A stretch of 64,000 bases of DNA from Bacteroidales bacterium M8 (GTDB lineage: Bacteria > Bacteroidota > Bacteroidia > Bacteroidales > Muribaculaceae), in the NCBI GenBank assembly GCA_001689495.1, contig LUJS01000043.1:21095-85094 (forward strand), written 5' to 3'. Shown here piece by piece: positions 63,239 through 64,000 of the stretch. Each line of letters starts with the position of its first letter. Within the stretch, counting starts at the first letter, position 1. The translations under genes were made by a program, and so were the position numbers. Under the pieces are notes generated by a model. The model was not told the DNA's origin. It worked only from the letters and a program-made list of their open reading frames with translations, and made no database searches.

Positions 63239-64000
63239 TCATTTCTTCATGGGAGCCGTGGTGCCGTTGGCCGCGAACGATGCTATCTGCTCGTCGGTAT
63301 AGCCATATTGCCGCAGCACCTCGTCGGTATTGCCGCCCAGCTCGGGGCAGGGGCCGTAGACGGGCTGATAGTTTGACATGGTGAAGGGGACGCCGACGGT
63401 GACGAACTCGCCCACCTTGCCGCCCTGATTGATGCGGACGAGGGTGTTGCCGTCATAGAGGCTCTCGTCGTCCATTATCTCCTTGGTGCTCAGCACGGGG
63501 CCCACGGGCACGCCGGCCTTGGACAATATGTCGGTCACCTCGTATTTGGTCTTGCCGATGGTGAACGTCTCGATGCGCTCGTATATCTGCTGCTTGTGTT
63601 TGTCGCGGGCGTCGGCCGTGTTGAAGTCGGGATTGGTTATCCAGTCCTCGAACCCGAGGGCATGGCATGCCGCCTCGAAGTCCTTGGCATCGCGCTGCAA
63701 TATCACGTAGACGTATGCGTTGGGATCGGTCTCCCAACCCTTGCACTTGTATGTCCAGCCCAGCACGCCCGAGCCCTCCTGATTGCCGCTGCGGGGCACG
63801 AAGTCGCCGAACTTGCCGTCGGGATACTGCGGGAACTGTGTCAGATAGCCCAGCTTGTCCAGCGTGAGCTGGTCGCGGGTCTTGATGCGGCACAGGTTGA
63901 GGCAGGCGTTGTGCATCGACTGATATACATAGCACCCCTCGCCGGTCTTCTCGCGCTGCACGAGGGCGGCCAGAATGCCTATGGCCATGTGCATGCCGGT
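63239..64000 (-). CDS. frc: formyl-CoA:oxalate CoA-transferase (family III CoA-transferase); 5' end beyond the window
   Basis: KCKGWETDPNAYVY, GVPVGPV and VGVPF..S...P blocks match the C-terminal half of Frc as I recall it. The frame is open to the window edge. Confidence 0.88.
   Translation of the reverse strand, partial: TGMHMAIGILAALVQREKTGEGCYVYQSMHNACLNLCRIKTRDQLTLDKLGYLTQFPQYPDGKFGDFVPRSGNQEGSGVLGWTYKCKGWETDPNAYVYVILQRDAKDFEAACHALGFEDWITNPDFNTADARDKHKQQIYERIETFTIGKTKYEVTDILSKAGVPVGPVLSTKEIMDDESLYDGNTLVRINQGGKVGEFVTVGVPFTMSNYQPVYGPCPELGGNTDEVLRQYGYTDEQIASFAANGTTAPMKK

Noticed and set aside
1-64000. Search for tRNA, rRNA, integrase, transposase, cas genes, phage structural genes or large defence operons
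   Set aside because: None recognised on either strand. The two AT-rich patches lack any recombinase, so I cannot call them mobile elements.

Overview
64-kb chromosomal segment of a high-GC Bacteroidota (Bacteroidales-like) genome. Hand counts of a few 60-nt lines give about 60% G+C. The taxon call rests on a SusC/SusD pair, many lipobox lipoproteins, and TAnnTTTG -7 promoter boxes in front of most operons. Gene density is high and I found no rRNA, tRNA, CRISPR array, integrase or transposase.

Content, left to right:
- two WG-repeat proteins
- a stand-alone AAA ATPase with a nuclease-like C-terminus
- tig, a MATE pump and clpB
- a 1.6-kb AT-rich islet with two orphan secreted proteins
- a TonB-dependent receptor plus MFS pair
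- a SAM methyltransferase
- an XRE regulator interrupted by one in-frame TAG
- a YtrA/GntR-type ABC operon
- a large pectin/arabinan utilisation region (19.6-47.5 kb): GH51, GH2, two paralogous lipoproteins, exuT-uxaC-uxaA-uxaB, CE8, GH43, a GH28-GH105 fusion, SusC, SusD and a beta-helix lipoprotein, with a HigBA-like toxin-antitoxin module sitting inside it
- malQ with two CBM20 modules
- a small accessory patch: a GNAT toxin-like pair, a BIG2 protein and an FGE-domain lipoprotein
- a four-subunit 2-oxoacid:ferredoxin oxidoreductase operon plus a nitroreductase
- a LolD-like ATPase and pfkA
- an frc-oxc-AEC transporter oxalate catabolism operon that runs off the right edge

I do not see a clear large novel multi-gene system. 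The observations most worth a second look are small:
- structured repeats bounding the AT-rich islet
- twin palindromes around the ATPase promoter
- the amber-interrupted regulator
- the non-canonical partner of the GNAT toxin-like gene
- the GH28-GH105 fusion
- a heptanucleotide repeat block inside the oxalate operon

All family calls come from motif recognition by eye. No searches were run.
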